DNA from: Botryllus schlosseri
Taxonomy: Eukaryota
NCBI GenBank assembly: GCA_051294905.1
Contig: CM119371.1
Coordinates: 29,204,001-29,268,000 of the forward strand
Length of the DNA stretch: 64,000 nucleotides
Direction of reading: 5' to 3'
Positions 13,296 through 25,521 of the stretch are shown piece by piece. The notes beneath the pieces are model-generated. The model saw only the letters and a list, made by a program, of their open reading frames with translations, did not search any database and had not been told where the DNA came from. A program made the translations under genes and the position numbers. Numbering within the stretch: the first letter of the stretch is position 1; the number at the start of each line of letters is the position of its first letter.

Positions 13296-13439
13296 CTTCT
13301 GGCCTCTTCGATAATATTTATCAAATTCGTAAACAGCTACTGAGCCGCATATACTCAGACGTTTTCATATTTGTTTATTTAGAAGTTACATCCGCTTCGT
13401 TGAAGGCAGCCAATAGAGCTTTGTGCACATTATTCACAT

Positions 13440-13777
13440 TGTATGGTATTGATAAGTAGCTTGGCTCGATAGGCAGAGACAAGATAGGTTGATAAGTCAT
13501 TATGATTTTCTCTCTCTGTGGCTAACGAGATTTTTTATCAGCCTCGAAAACCTGTTCCTACCAGACGATATCCGCTTCTCAGTTATTGCGCTTCTGTGCA
13601 TTCGTTCGATTATCTATTGTGATAAAGCTGGTGTCGAAAGCTGCAGTCAAGGTATATAAAGACTTCGATGTGATCACAATAATCATGTCGACATTGACCG
13701 TCGTAGAAAGTGTAGAAGAGGCAAGTCTTCTGCATTACTGCGAATCTATTTGTGAAGACGCAATAAACTTCTATTGA
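13440..13777 (+). pseudogene. Decayed intronless ORF directly upstream of the zinc-finger ORF (also about 24870-25237 and 63010-63372)
   Basis: A consensus across the three copies reads ..RQDRLISHYDYLSLWLTTLLSVSKACSYQTISAPRYRASSVSP..CIRSMIYCDKLVLWKAADKVYKDFDLITRIMSTLTVVESVEEASLLHYCESICEDAINFY*; each copy is broken at different places; the stop lies 3 nt before the next ATG. Confidence 0.4.
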
Positions 13778-13780
13778 AAC

Positions 13781-14059
13781 ATGAGTAGTCGAAGTCGTCG
13801 TACGATGTCAGTATACGGATCCTGGATCGTCAACACGTATCTCGCTCATCGCGATAGAATGAAGAGACCGTATTATTGTGCGCCTTGTGGACGGAGGTTT
13901 GCGAAGAAGGTGTACCTGAACAGCCATCGCTACTATTCACACTCGAGAACTTTACATTGCCCTACTTGTGACAAGAATTTTCTGACCAGGGGAAGGTATA
14001 GAACGCATATGTTCCTTTCTACGTCCTGCGCTTCGAAAATAATACGCAAAGGAATTTAA
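13781..14059 (+). CDS. Small intronless zinc-finger protein (C2H2 finger plus atypical C2HC finger), copy 1; conserved start probably at 13859
   Basis: RPYYCAPCGRRFAKKVYLNSHRYYSH fits Y-x-C-x2-C-x3-F-x5-L-x2-H-x4-H; the second finger is LHCPTCDKNFLTRGRYRTHMFLSTSC. Confidence 0.75.
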   Translation: MSSRSRRTMSVYGSWIVNTYLAHRDRMKRPYYCAPCGRRFAKKVYLNSHRYYSHSRTLHCPTCDKNFLTRGRYRTHMFLSTSCASKIIRKGI

Positions 14060-16136
14060 GAGAGATATCCGTCGTCAAAAATAGAATGACACCAGACGAA
14101 GAAGCCGATTGACGAGAATGTGCTTTGAAGATAAAAATAGATTGCGATCCTTCGTCATATGAAGAATTTCTTGTTGGGTTAGCGCGGGGAGAAAAAATGG
14201 TGGTGATGTCACGATAACCCTTCAGCTGCTCCGAGATTGAGATTTTCGGGCCACGGTCCACGGCGTATCGATTTCGCTTGACGACTCACGCATCCATCGC
14301 TTTCATCGCTTGCATATTTTATGTTGTTTTCTGTTAATTTTCATTCAGTGTCTGCGTCTCGTATTTACATGGTGTTTTAGTTTAAGCGCTTAGTTTAAGC
14401 GGTGGGCTAAGGAGGGTGTTTGAATGAAGGAATATTCCAAGTCGTTTTGACTCCTTCCTATCTGGTTATTCTATGGTATGATTCTTTTGACATCTACGCA
14501 AGATTCATGATAAAATGATGATAAACGCCCACCGTCAAATGGCTTTGATGGTACATGCGAAAGTGAACTCTCCCTTTCTGTCCTCCTGTCTTGGTCTTGT
14601 GAAGTCATGAGTTTCTAATCTTTAAAATATATCTTCATTCTTCGTAAACGACATTATTTACAGGAGTTATGTGACAGCATGTCAGAAACCCTTTGTGTAA
14701 AGATATGACACCATCAACTGATGATGATAAGAAATTTAGATGGGCGGTAGGCGCTAAAGAATATGAGTGTTTTATGGAGAAGCCCATCTGGTGTCACTCG
14801 CGAGTCGCGACCACCGCGGATCACTTTAGCGACAAAAGCTTTATCCTAATTCTAGCAGAATTGGATAACAATATATGCTTTTATGGTCACGTACTCCAAT
14901 TACCTTCTGACATCCATTAATTACGGTTGCTATAAAAAATTTACAATCATATTACTTTTGTGCTATGCTGCTTGTCTATAAGTGTATTCTTATTTTTCCT
15001 TGTGAAGCTGGCACACGATGTTCCTTGTGAAGCTGGCACACGATGTAGTAATTCTTGTGTGATGCATTTCGCAACGACAGGATAAATCTTCGCAATTTTA
15101 TTATTGCTGTTCTTAATATTCTGACAAAGAAAGTACGGCCTGCGCCTGTCGCCGTTCTCATCCGATTTGACAGGAGACCAGTTACATCCTGGAACTCAGC
15201 AGTAACTCATATTACGCGGGGGAGATAAGATAACGGCCTACGAATCTGGCGGACCCAATTCGATTCCCGTCGGAGGTTCATCTGGGCTCCTCTTCCCCCG
15301 CCGTCGCCTTTCTTACGGCGACAAAAGAAAAAAGCCCAGAAAAAGACCCGACGAAAGAAAAGCACCCATAAGGAATGGAAAGAACTAGTAGAAAGGGCCG
15401 CGGCTTCAAAAAGATCAACATCGAAAAAGAACTGTGACATTGGGCACTCTAGGTCGAGGTGGATGTGAGATTGAAAGTATCGCAACTGCGTGTCCTTCGA
15501 CATCCTCCTACCTTTTCATTACATCGCATTGTGTCTTATCGCATTGTACATTGTGTGGACAAGTTACACACAAACGATTATTATATTATATTGTGTGCTT
15601 CAGCAGTTAGTCTAGCCATCCGCAATAGTTGACATTAAAACAGAATGATGATTTTATGATGAATAAATGAAGGCATTAGCAAAAATGTCGTGGAATCCAG
15701 GAACACAGCAGTTTCACTATACTTATAATATATAGGCCTACTTATATAGTTATACCATCGCACCGATCCGAACGCATATGAGTGTGAATATACTGTTTGG
15801 CGTGAGTTGAGTAATGAAATCGTTGCCGACAACATAATCTCAGTAGAGGGATTGGCCTTCACCGTAAGTATCGCAGAGGTCTATATCAGCACAATATTTA
15901 TTCTGCAAGTACCCATTCTAATTGCTAGGAGAAGGGCTCCGGATGCTGGGGCGGTCATGTCGTTGCTCGATTCTTTTTGCGGCTACCCGACGAGCTTTTG
16001 ACGAGATTTCGTTGTACTTATTCTAGAAATATGACGTAAATATATTATCCGTTGCACATGAAATACATGTAGAGCCGCGCACTTTTTCTCGGAATGTTGC
16101 GCATATATATTGTCCGTTGTACATGATGAATAAATG

Positions 16137-16198
16137 ACACACACACACACACACGTACACAGACCCATACACACACACACACACACACACATACACAC
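16137..16198 (+). repeat. Interrupted (CA)n microsatellite
   Basis: acacacacac... runs directly visible. Confidence 0.95.
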
Positions 16199-16599
16199 AA
16201 AAAAACGTATGATAGTTATCACATGCAATAGTATATATATATAAAACCAGGACCGTAGCAGCACTTCGTCATCCTCCAGAACGCTGGTCTTGGGTCCCCA
16301 TAGGGTGGTAAACTAAACTTACGGGGGCTTCGGTGGTTAGGTAGCCGGCGTTTTATAGTCGAGCGGAGCGCGAAATAAAATCATGTTAATGGTGGAATTC
16401 GGTCAATGAAATTGGAATTGCATGTAGTACTGTCCAATTTTCATACGGTATCTTTGAAATTTATAACCCGTTGTTAGCAATTACTACTGTTTTGTGTTTT
16501 TATTTCCTGACATTCCATCCGTTATATATAACTTCTTCCTTGCAACGCACATGACTCAAAGTGGCATTTCTGCAACGGACGCGTAATTTGTTTCTATGT

Positions 16600-17320
16600 G
16601 TGGCATTTATAATGTGGGACTCACACGTCTAGTACAAGAATATTAGGCGTCATCCATTTAGGCGCCTATGGACAAGGGAAATTTGACCTATATATTCATC
16701 GGTTCGGTCGACATGAAGCGTTCCTTTTGGATCAAGGTTTCTTCGCCGCCGATCTCTTTGGCAGCACATTCCGCAGAGTCGCATGCCAGTCGAAACGTCA
16801 TTATTACCGTGTTGTGACGCGGTAATCGCCGTCGCCGAAATGCCTATCCATATAAATTATGCGCTTTTTATCTTGGGGGGGGGGGGTAGGCTACCCATAA
16901 TAATATAATTACAGCTAGCACCAATAAATCCCGTTAAAAACGAAGAAAATTTGAATGTAGTTCTATAAATATCCACAAAATACTCCATGATATATGGTAA
17001 TTTACGAAATAATTTTGGGTTCCCCTTCAAGCTCGTGGGGGGGGGGGCAGTTGCGGACCTGTATAAACCATATGTCCCAAACGAAGTTCAATTCTATCGC
17101 TAATAGGTTGTGCTGCGGTACATGAAGACTGCGTCGGACGTGCAACGCAGTATACAATTTGATCATCGCTGGGAGTAAAGGGACGAAATGTAGTACCGCA
17201 AACTCACAAAACCTCCTATAGTGAATGTGGTTGATCTCTTCGTTGACCTTAGTATAGACTTGTAAACAATGTTCCATCTAATGTTTCACGAGCCTGATCG
17301 CACTCACCAACTCCCTTGGA
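16600..17320 (-). pseudogene. Decayed intronless ORF remnant interrupted by a repeat (about 16820-17050)
   Basis: Minus frame ELVSAIRLVKH*MEHCLQVYTKVNEEINHIHYRRFCEFAVLHFVPLLPAMIKLY.. and further on ..VIMTFRLACDSAECAAKEIGGEETLIQKERF; the interrupting segment resembles 45985-46180. Confidence 0.35.
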
Positions 17321-18154
17321 CCACAGTGCGAAACGACTAAAAAAAGTCATCACTTTGATTGGACTGACGAATTGGCCACTTTTCTCGTAAATTTTGTGGT
17401 GTTGACTAAAAAGAGGTCATCACTTCGGCTTTCTTGTTCGCAGCTTAGATAGACCGTATCAGCACTGCGCAATTGCGCACGCGCGCAACTCATAGGGAAC
17501 AGTCCCTGTAACTGTAAACTTCGTGAAAGAACGTTAAGCTATGACATTGTGCCTACACATTGTGCCTGCCGACATTGTAGGCTATCCCAAACAATTTCCG
17601 CACATTTTTGACCTACCGACATATCGACGTATTTGATCTTAACAAATATATTTATCCCTCCCAAATCCGAACCTAATTGTACGCTGATGAACCTTTATCG
17701 TGCTTAATTCGGTTGTCAGAATTTTTCTCCGCCTACATATGTCCGTGCCTGGTCACAATTTTGTGTCCGTAACGTACAGTACATTCAACTGGATACTTTA
17801 CCGAATAATTTACGAACCCGCCTCTAACAACCACGACCCCAGCCTGATTGAATTGTATTATCGTATAAATTGTTCCAGAAAAGTGTGAAAAATGGAACGA
17901 CTATCACAAGATGGTGAATCGGCCATATATAAATCGACCATATCTAAAAGCACCCTGTAAAGCAAGAGAGAGATAGAGAGAGCGACAAAATATTTGTGAA
18001 TCCGATAAGTAATTGGCATTAAAACATACTATTTAAATGGTTGTCCAGGACAGCAATATAACCATACAACCTCTATCACGGTCAACAATGCTGGATGGTT
18101 CTGACTAATCACTGACAACGATAAGACAGTGATACTAAACCAGCCAAAAGTTTG

Positions 18155-21044
18155 TTAGGACGTTGTCTGCTTGAGGGTCGAACTCTTACGTCGCGCAATT
18201 TTTAATCGCTCAAGCGCGGCCAAGATGATGAATTGCGCAATTTCCAATCGTATTAACTTGAGAAACAGGTCTTCTTTCTGTCTGTAGCGCGACTTCCGTT
18301 GGGCAAGCATGATCTCAGTCCTCACTATTGACTCTTCCATCCTCATTGCCTTTTCCGTCACCCTGGCTACTTTGATGGATACCTTCTCGTGGCGAATAGG
18401 CGTGCTCGAGCCAACCGGCGGTTCACTAAGTTGCGGCAAGTCTGTAAAACATGGAGATTAGTTGGTGAGCCTGATCCAATATCCGTGCTTAAATGGGTGG
18501 GAGGGAAAAAAGTATACACACTACAATCTTTAGCGACCAGACCATGTACATTCATATTGGCTACGTTGGGTCCAGTAAGGCAATAATTTGTTTAAGGCAG
18601 CAGCACTATACGAAGGATTTAGACATATCAAATGGTCCTGATTGTATACTACCATCGTGTATTGTTTTCAGTTGTGCTAATTAAGTGTGTAAAAACAACC
18701 AGCGTCAGAATTGGACGGTTGGAAGCTATGCTCAAGTAAGTAAGTATAGTTGTGAAATGCCACCATAAATACGCTCTCATGGTCATGGTGGAAAGCTGAA
18801 AACTGAGCAATGTGGAGGATGCGGAGAGATGGATTCGTGCTGCTGCATCCCAGGAGGATCTAATTTTACATACCATAAGAATTCGACCGAATCAGAGATG
18901 CAAAAGATACTTTTGCTACGGAATACGGTTTATAACTTTTAACCCCAGCAACTCATTTCAGAAAATGTCATGGAATTGCGCCCTCCCCCGTATTACAGTA
19001 TAAGCCTATAGATAGGCGAAGAGCAAGATAGAGAAGTGCATGTGTTGTTAGATTGCGATACATATCGTAACCAACGTTTTGCTGAAACATTGAGTGTCAT
19101 GAAAACATGTCGTATGAGCGACTATGCGGTTTGAAAGGCACCACGCCACCCGCTACATAAATTTTATTGACCGCCATTTTCGTGAAACAAAACTGTCATT
19201 CCATATCTATTTCGTTCGAAGCGCGACGAAAATTATGGACTGCACTTATTAAATTCTTCTTGGTACTCGATTATTTGGTAATTCTATTATGATACCGCAA
19301 TATTGTATACGATACAACGAATCTGAAAGTATGGAACTCTAGAGCGTTTTATGCGAGCAGTGCCGATTACTGCAATGGTACCGTGTTCTAATGGGTTTCC
19401 GCCGTCACGCATGACCATGAAACGAACAATTGAACGGAAAATTGATTTTCCGCTTAATTCGGACGAAGTGGTTTTGATTTCCTAATTTGGCCAAATGTGA
19501 ACGGCACCAAAGCTTCCGAATTAAGCGGATTCGACTTTATATTAAACTCACCAGGGACTGAACTGTCATCGACATGAGGTGTGTTGTCGAATGCATTCCT
19601 GCAATAAAAATAAACGAAGATTAAACGAGCAATTTTGACACATTTGCCTAATCACGATGCCATTAAACTATGCCGGCACCGCAAATGTTGTTCACGGGAA
19701 ATGAGCTTAAACACGTTTTGTCGATAAGTAGGCACTATGGACTGTGCATTTCCTATACTTCCAAATGAGTTGGACACTATTCAATACGTCTACGACAGCA
19801 AACCTCAGGCGAAATTAAAAACATCGTTGTGAAATTGGTAATGCACGGGATATTGTGAACTTTGTTTGATTTCAATACACAAAGAGCATAATCTATTGGC
19901 ATTGGGACCTTTTGTACACGCTGAAATACCTGTTCATTCTGTCAAAGCTTCCAGTTTCAACGTTGTCTTCATCTGCATCCGCCAGACTACTACTGTTTCC
20001 GTCCAAACTGTAGATGTATAGCGAGTCTTCGGTCACTACGGCTAAAAATAGAAATGTAAACAATTTGGATCCAGCTTTCTTGGTCAACTATGTCAATTCA
20101 TTCACTGTATCATGCTTATGGCAACCTATTTTAATCGCGGGAGAAGGTCTCGCAATGTCGGGGTGGTCATGATTTTCTTCGGTTGTTTCGTGGCTGCCTC
20201 ACGATTTGGTTTCGAGGAAATTGACTCGGGTCGAGTCGAGTCACCAAAAAATTGCGACTCTAGTCGAGTAATGGCTCAATTCATCACAGCCCTATTCACA
20301 TATCCGTCTCACATGATGAGTTACACACTACAAGTGGGCAATAACGAAGTTCTATAGTATTTATACGGAGTACTCAAGTACGTTTTGCGTCCTGATGTGG
20401 CTATGTATTCAGACGACTTGCACTTCTAGGCTAAACAAATTATTAGGCTATGCTAAGCAGATTTTTAGGCAAAACTACTTACTTTTTGGACTTTATATTT
20501 TGTAAATTAGAAAGTTTCGGGGTATGTTTTCATCACTACTCAGTAAAATTGTCATACCAACTCGAAAAGGCCCCTCTATCACGGTAACAGACTTTCTTTT
20601 CTAAGATCACGTATATTTTTAGTGTAATTGAACATTTTGAGTTAGTCGGGAGGAGAATACGGCAGTCGTGAAGATGTGTCTGGTAATTGGTAATGCGACC
20701 CTCGACCAAAATTATTTACTACAATCCTTGGAATTAGTTTCGGGAAATTACGCTTCTCCTTAAACTTGAGAAAAAATTTACGATGATACATCTTCTTGAG
20801 TACCAACGATAACTAATTTGACCAGCACTTTGAACACACACACACACACAGACCCACACAAATGTAACGAAACCTTATCTAGTCGAAAGCCCTGCTAATT
20901 GGCTGTGCCCGGATGTATGCAGAAATTGCAGATTGCATATATGAGGCATCGCAATGTCACGAAAATCTACACCATATCTAATCAACTACATAGCGACAGA
21001 GGACGAAAATTACCTTCAGAGCTGTCAATCAGCGTACTTTCCAT
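18155..21044 (-). CDS. Spliced orphan gene, copy 2 (exons 21044-21014, 20041-19930, 19598-19552, 18441-18155; 158 aa)
   Basis: Canonical GT-AG sites; 477 nt in frame: MESTLIDSSEAVVTEDSLYIYSLDGNSSSLADADEDNVETGSFDRMNRNAFDNTPHVDDSSVPDLPQLSEPPVGSSTPIRHEKVSIKVARVTEKAMRMEESIVRTEIMLAQRKSRYRQKEDLFLKLIRLEIAQFIILAALERLKIARRKSSTLKQTTS. Confidence 0.75.
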
Positions 21045-22666
21045 TCTAAACAGGGTTCGGCGACATTTAAAACTTATATCCATGGCCGGGTGAATAATTC
21101 TCAATTCTCTATTAGTACCTTGATAGCAGACGACGGACAAGTTGATAATAGCACACCAAATATATATTTTAATAGCAGCGCTGCCTCTATCCTTCTGCAG
21201 ATCCGCGCAACAAACATCGACTGACAGCGATCTGAACTGGCTGAAACGAGTTGCGCAATGATATTTTACGATAGCAGTACCAAAAGTGGAGCGATTTCCT
21301 GGGATTTCTTAGCGCGCGCTGGAGGCAAAATCGTCCGTAAGTATGTTAGGTATGTTTCAAGGATTCTATCTGAACTCCTCGCAAAGCACCTGAACCGTCC
21401 GAATGAAATCTTCAGGAATACCTCGCTATACATATAGGCCGACTCCCAACCAAAGCGCCAAGATTTTTCTCAGTTATTGATTGCTGACGCAGCAGGGTGT
21501 CCGGAAGCCGTCGGAAGTAATTAGCCGCACTGTAATGCAAATATTGATGGCATTGAGATTGAGACTTATAATCAGACTATACGCATATGTTCTATTGTTT
21601 GAAGAGGGAGGTTTCCTATGTTGGAGATGATAGCACGGGGAATGGCATCACCATATGTTGTGGGACAGAATGAGAGTGACTCCATACAGCGATCAACAAC
21701 CTTCACTGGATTATTCAAAGATATCGCATGTGAAATAATTTATTTCGGCGTGATACTTGCGGCCCGCGGAAAGTTCTTTGAAATTGAGACCACACAGTTC
21801 ATATATTAATAGTAATGTGTGGACTAAAACTAAGGCTGTATAAACGGAACTGGATATGCGTTAACTTTGAAGGCTAGTTGTTTTCATGTACCATGATTAC
21901 ATAACATACGTACGCCGTATGAGTAAAGCGGGTTCCAAATAAAGCCAATATGCCGTAACAAGTCACCGTTTCCATATTAAAGTTCAAATCTTGTCTGATG
22001 CCACTGATGCATTAGGAATTATTACAATTAGTTGACGTGACTAGCGGTCATCCCCACCTTGCTCATAAACTATGTTATGTCAAGCAATGAAAGGTGCGAC
22101 TGAAGGCTGACATTTCAACAAGATTTGTAGTGTTCACCTAATATTTGTTTACTGAAGACAGCCGTGAACCAGTCAATCAAGTGTATGAGTAGGCTACCGA
22201 CCGGGTCTCCGTGTTTATGGAATATAATTTGATTCAGCATCATGTAAAAAATCATGTCGCGAAATACATACACTCGGCTAATGTGGAGACCTATGCTCTC
22301 GAAGCTTGCAAAACAGCGGTGCTATCTTATCAAGCCACATACAAAGCTCGGGACGCAGCCTAATATTAACAGAACCACATATCTGCATGTGCTAACATTT
22401 GAACAATGTGAATTCACTAACTTCAATTTAGATATAACACTGCACGTCTTGCCCGCCACCGTATCTTCTGCTTCGCATTTAGCCCGCCGGGAAAAATAAT
22501 TACCCACCCATGGCCTATGGATACGGCAGCTCCCTTATTATTTTTGTTAACCATTTAACCAGACTTGCGGCGATCTGAGGAATTAAAAAATTCCCAAATT
22601 CAAGGACGGGCTCGTTATTCAAAGACTAATTGTGGCTCGTGTCTGTTTCAGTTAAAATAAAAAGCC

Positions 22667-22739
22667 TGACTCCGAAGGTGCTCGAACCTTCAATCTTCTG
22701 ATTTTAAGTCAAACACCTTATTAATCAGGCAACCAGGCC
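22667..22739 (-). pseudogene. tRNA-Arg-body pseudogene; anticodon position reads TAA
   Basis: Positional paralogue of 11308-11380; reverse complement GGCCTGGTTGCCTGATTAATAAGGTGTTTGACTTAAAATCAGAAGATTGAAGGTTCGAGCACCTTCGGAGTCA; D-loop GG lost, stem mismatches. Confidence 0.75.
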
Positions 22740-23401
22740 GCATGACGGACCGTGCAGCATACTTGTACAAACTACCAGACTTGGGCAAGTAGATATTTAT
22801 AATTGTCTAATTATCCTAATTAGAACGAAATACTGTAATTTAATTCGAATCTAATTTGTGAAATGCGTCTTTGCTGTAATTGTAATTCTAATCTAATTCA
22901 AGAAATGTCTCTAGTTCTAATTTTAATTTTAACGTAATTTCTGCTTTTCCTGAAAATGCTACAAGAGATCTGTATAATACGAAACTATAGCCATGTTTGC
23001 TGAAGAGAATGAGCACCGATTTGATATGAACCGAACTTCATTCAATTTACAAGTACTCGAGGATCCAGTAATTCTAATTCGAATATAGTTTGGAAAACCC
23101 GAGAAGTATAATTCTAATTCTAATCTAATTCGTAAAAACTGTGTAGCTATAATTCTAATTCTAGTCTAATTGGAAAAAAATGTTTAGCTCTAATTCTAAT
23201 TCTTATCTAATTCAGAAAAGCTGAAAATTTTTAACTGGTCAAAGACTGCAAACTACCAATCTAGCTACTTGATGGTCAATTAACTGCCCGTCTTTGAGTA
23301 TTTCCAGTTGTGGAGTTTGAAACGTGAGTAGTTCTAGTTCCAGTTCTAGTTGTACATTGACCAAAAGTTGCCCAACAACTGAAAAACACGTGTCGCCGTT
23401 T

Positions 23402-23810
23402 GCAGAAAGGAGCATGGATTGGGATTAGGATTGGGAAAACCGGATATGTGAAATTTGGTCTGTTTAGGATTGAATTAGGATTTCAGATTCTTTTTTTTTA
23501 ATGGATCAGGATTATGATTGGATCTACCGATTTTCGGGAAGACTGATGTCCTGTGGCGAATAGCGACAATGTTTTTCGTCTTACAAAAGTTACTTCATGT
23601 ACTTTGGCACTCGTTACGCGTTTTATTTCTTTTTGCGGAATTATAGGCAAAAGATGTAGACTTTCTAAGAGGAATTCTAAGTTTATATCGGATTAGGATT
23701 AGGATTAGGATTGAAATACACAAAATTTCTGAATTAGGACTAGAATTAGGATTTGTACCTTCGGATTTGGATTGGATTAGGACGTAGAAATTTAAATCCG
23801 CTCATGTCTG
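23402..23810. mobile_element. MITE with ggatta/ggattg subterminal repeats
   Basis: Right end aaatccgctcatgtctg, degenerate left end cagaaaggagc; ggattaggattaggattg arrays near both ends. Confidence 0.55.
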
Positions 23811-25320
23811 GTCGTTTGGCGTGAATCGTGATACCGGTGTTCTGTTGTATGATTGTATTGCAGTCACCAAATGCCAACTCAGATTCATCACTAGGCTAGT
23901 AGCCTGGTGTGAACTCTGGTAGAAAATAGTGTGTTATTTCAGCCCGTGTACCACCCCTGATGAATGAATATACCTGAATATACAGCATATACCCATGGCA
24001 CACGAAACGAGAACCTACTTCAGACTAATACCGCGGTATAAACCTAGTACAACATTTTAATCCAAATTATACATGCACGCAGGAACGTAGGATTTACAAC
24101 CACGATATAATTCTGAGTTAGGTTCTGTTTTTCACGATGACAATTCATCAGAAAAATCGGATACGTTGGACTCTTCGCCACCATTTTACGTAATTTCATG
24201 GCGGTGACATATTTTCTGATACGATTGTTAATAAGCGATGATCCTTCCAATTCTCTGCTAGTTGCTGACGATTACCTTAGACGAGTGTCATCGGAATATA
24301 TTCGGGTTCATTTCAATATGAACATTATTCAATTGTATATTGAAGTTCTGTACCTCCAAGAAGCTCTTCAAATAGTTTTGACATGCATAGAAAATTGCTA
24401 ATTCTACTTCTAATTGGGTTTAAACTTACGGTGTTACTACTACTTCTACTTGAGCAGTAACGCTGACGTTAACAGCATTAACTCTGTATCTACCGCGTAA
24501 CCTTCCACCTCTTCGAAAATATTTATCCCGTTTGAATAAAGCTATACCGACCCGCAAATGCTCACAAACGTGGTGTTTTCATATTTGTTTTATATTTGAA
24601 GTTACACCTTCAAGATATCCGCTTCGTTGAAGGCAGTCAATAGTTTGATGTGACCCGCGGTCAAAATGAGTTATACTATATAGTTATACTATTACTCTCC
24701 GTAGGTTAGTAATCTATAGTTATACTCCACTGGTATAAGGTGGGCGGCCATTGTCGTATTTTGAGGTTTTATGACGCAATAAAAGACAACCCAACATTTG
24801 GAACTTGCATGTGTGAACTCTCTTGTGGTGCAATTGAGCCGATAGCTTTGTTCTGAATTCCAACTTACCCCATTGTATGGTATTGATGAGTAGCTGTGGT
24901 AGAAAGGCAGAAACAAGATAGGTTGATAAGTCATTATGATTATCTCTCTCTGTGGCTAACGACATTGTTATCGGTCTCGAATGCCTGTTCCTACCAGACG
25001 ATATCCGCTCCTCGATATCGCGCTTCCTCCGTATCACCATGTCTGAAGTCTCTGTATTCGTTCGATGATCTATTGTGATAAAGCTGGTGTTGTGGAAAGC
25101 TGCAGACAAGGTATATAAAGACTTCAATCTGATCACAAGAATCATGTCGTCATTGACCCTCATATAAAGTGTCTAGGGGCAAGTTTATTGCATTACTGTG
25201 AATCTATTTGCGAAGTAGCTATATAAACTTCATTTGAAACATGAGTAGTCGAAGTCGCCGTTCGATGTCAGTATATACGGATCCTGGATCGTCAACACGT
25301 ACCTCGCTCATCGCGCTAGA

Positions 25321-25521
25321 ATGAAGAGACCGTATCACTGTGCGCATTGTGGACGGAGATTTGCGAAGAAGATCTACCTTAACAGTCATCGCTACTATTC
25401 ACACTCGAGAACTTTACATTGCTCGACTTGTGCAAAGAATTTTCTTACCAGGGAAAGGTACCGAACGCATTTGTTCCTGTCGACGTCCTGCGCATCGAAA
25501 ATAGTACGCAAAGCAATTTAA
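25321..25521 (+). CDS. Small zinc-finger protein, copy 2 (66 aa)
   Basis: Same length as 13859-14059 with all Cys/His ligands retained; the upstream ATG (25241) is out of frame because of a 2-nt insertion. Confidence 0.72.
   Translation: MKRPYHCAHCGRRFAKKIYLNSHRYYSHSRTLHCSTCAKNFLTRERYRTHLFLSTSCASKIVRKAI

Larger units (their letters stand above)
2415..14150 (+). repeat. Segmental duplication unit, copy 1 (most diverged, with extra TE insertions)
   Basis: Collinear with 17413-25600 and 55486-63430. Shared anchors include ttcggctttcttgttcgcagcttagatagacc (2428/17424), catttcctatacttccaaatgagttggacac (8113/19747/57232) and atgagtagtcgaagtcg (13781/25241/63378). Confidence 0.95.

Noticed and set aside
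2415..14150. Duplicated unit as a Helitron, Maverick or other giant transposon
   Set aside because: No Rep/helicase, integrase or polymerase remnants, and no shared termini, terminal hairpin or TSD.
15983..16264. Cys/Val-rich ORF (CVCVCV)
   Set aside because: Translation of a (CA)n microsatellite.
22667..22739. Functional Arg-body tRNA reading Leu (TAA anticodon), implying mistranslation or recoding
   Set aside because: D-loop GG lost and acceptor and T stems mismatched; most likely a pseudogene.
24720..25163. 147-aa minus-strand ORF
   Set aside because: The frame is broken in the other two copies and no domain is recognisable; the + strand consensus looks more protein-like.
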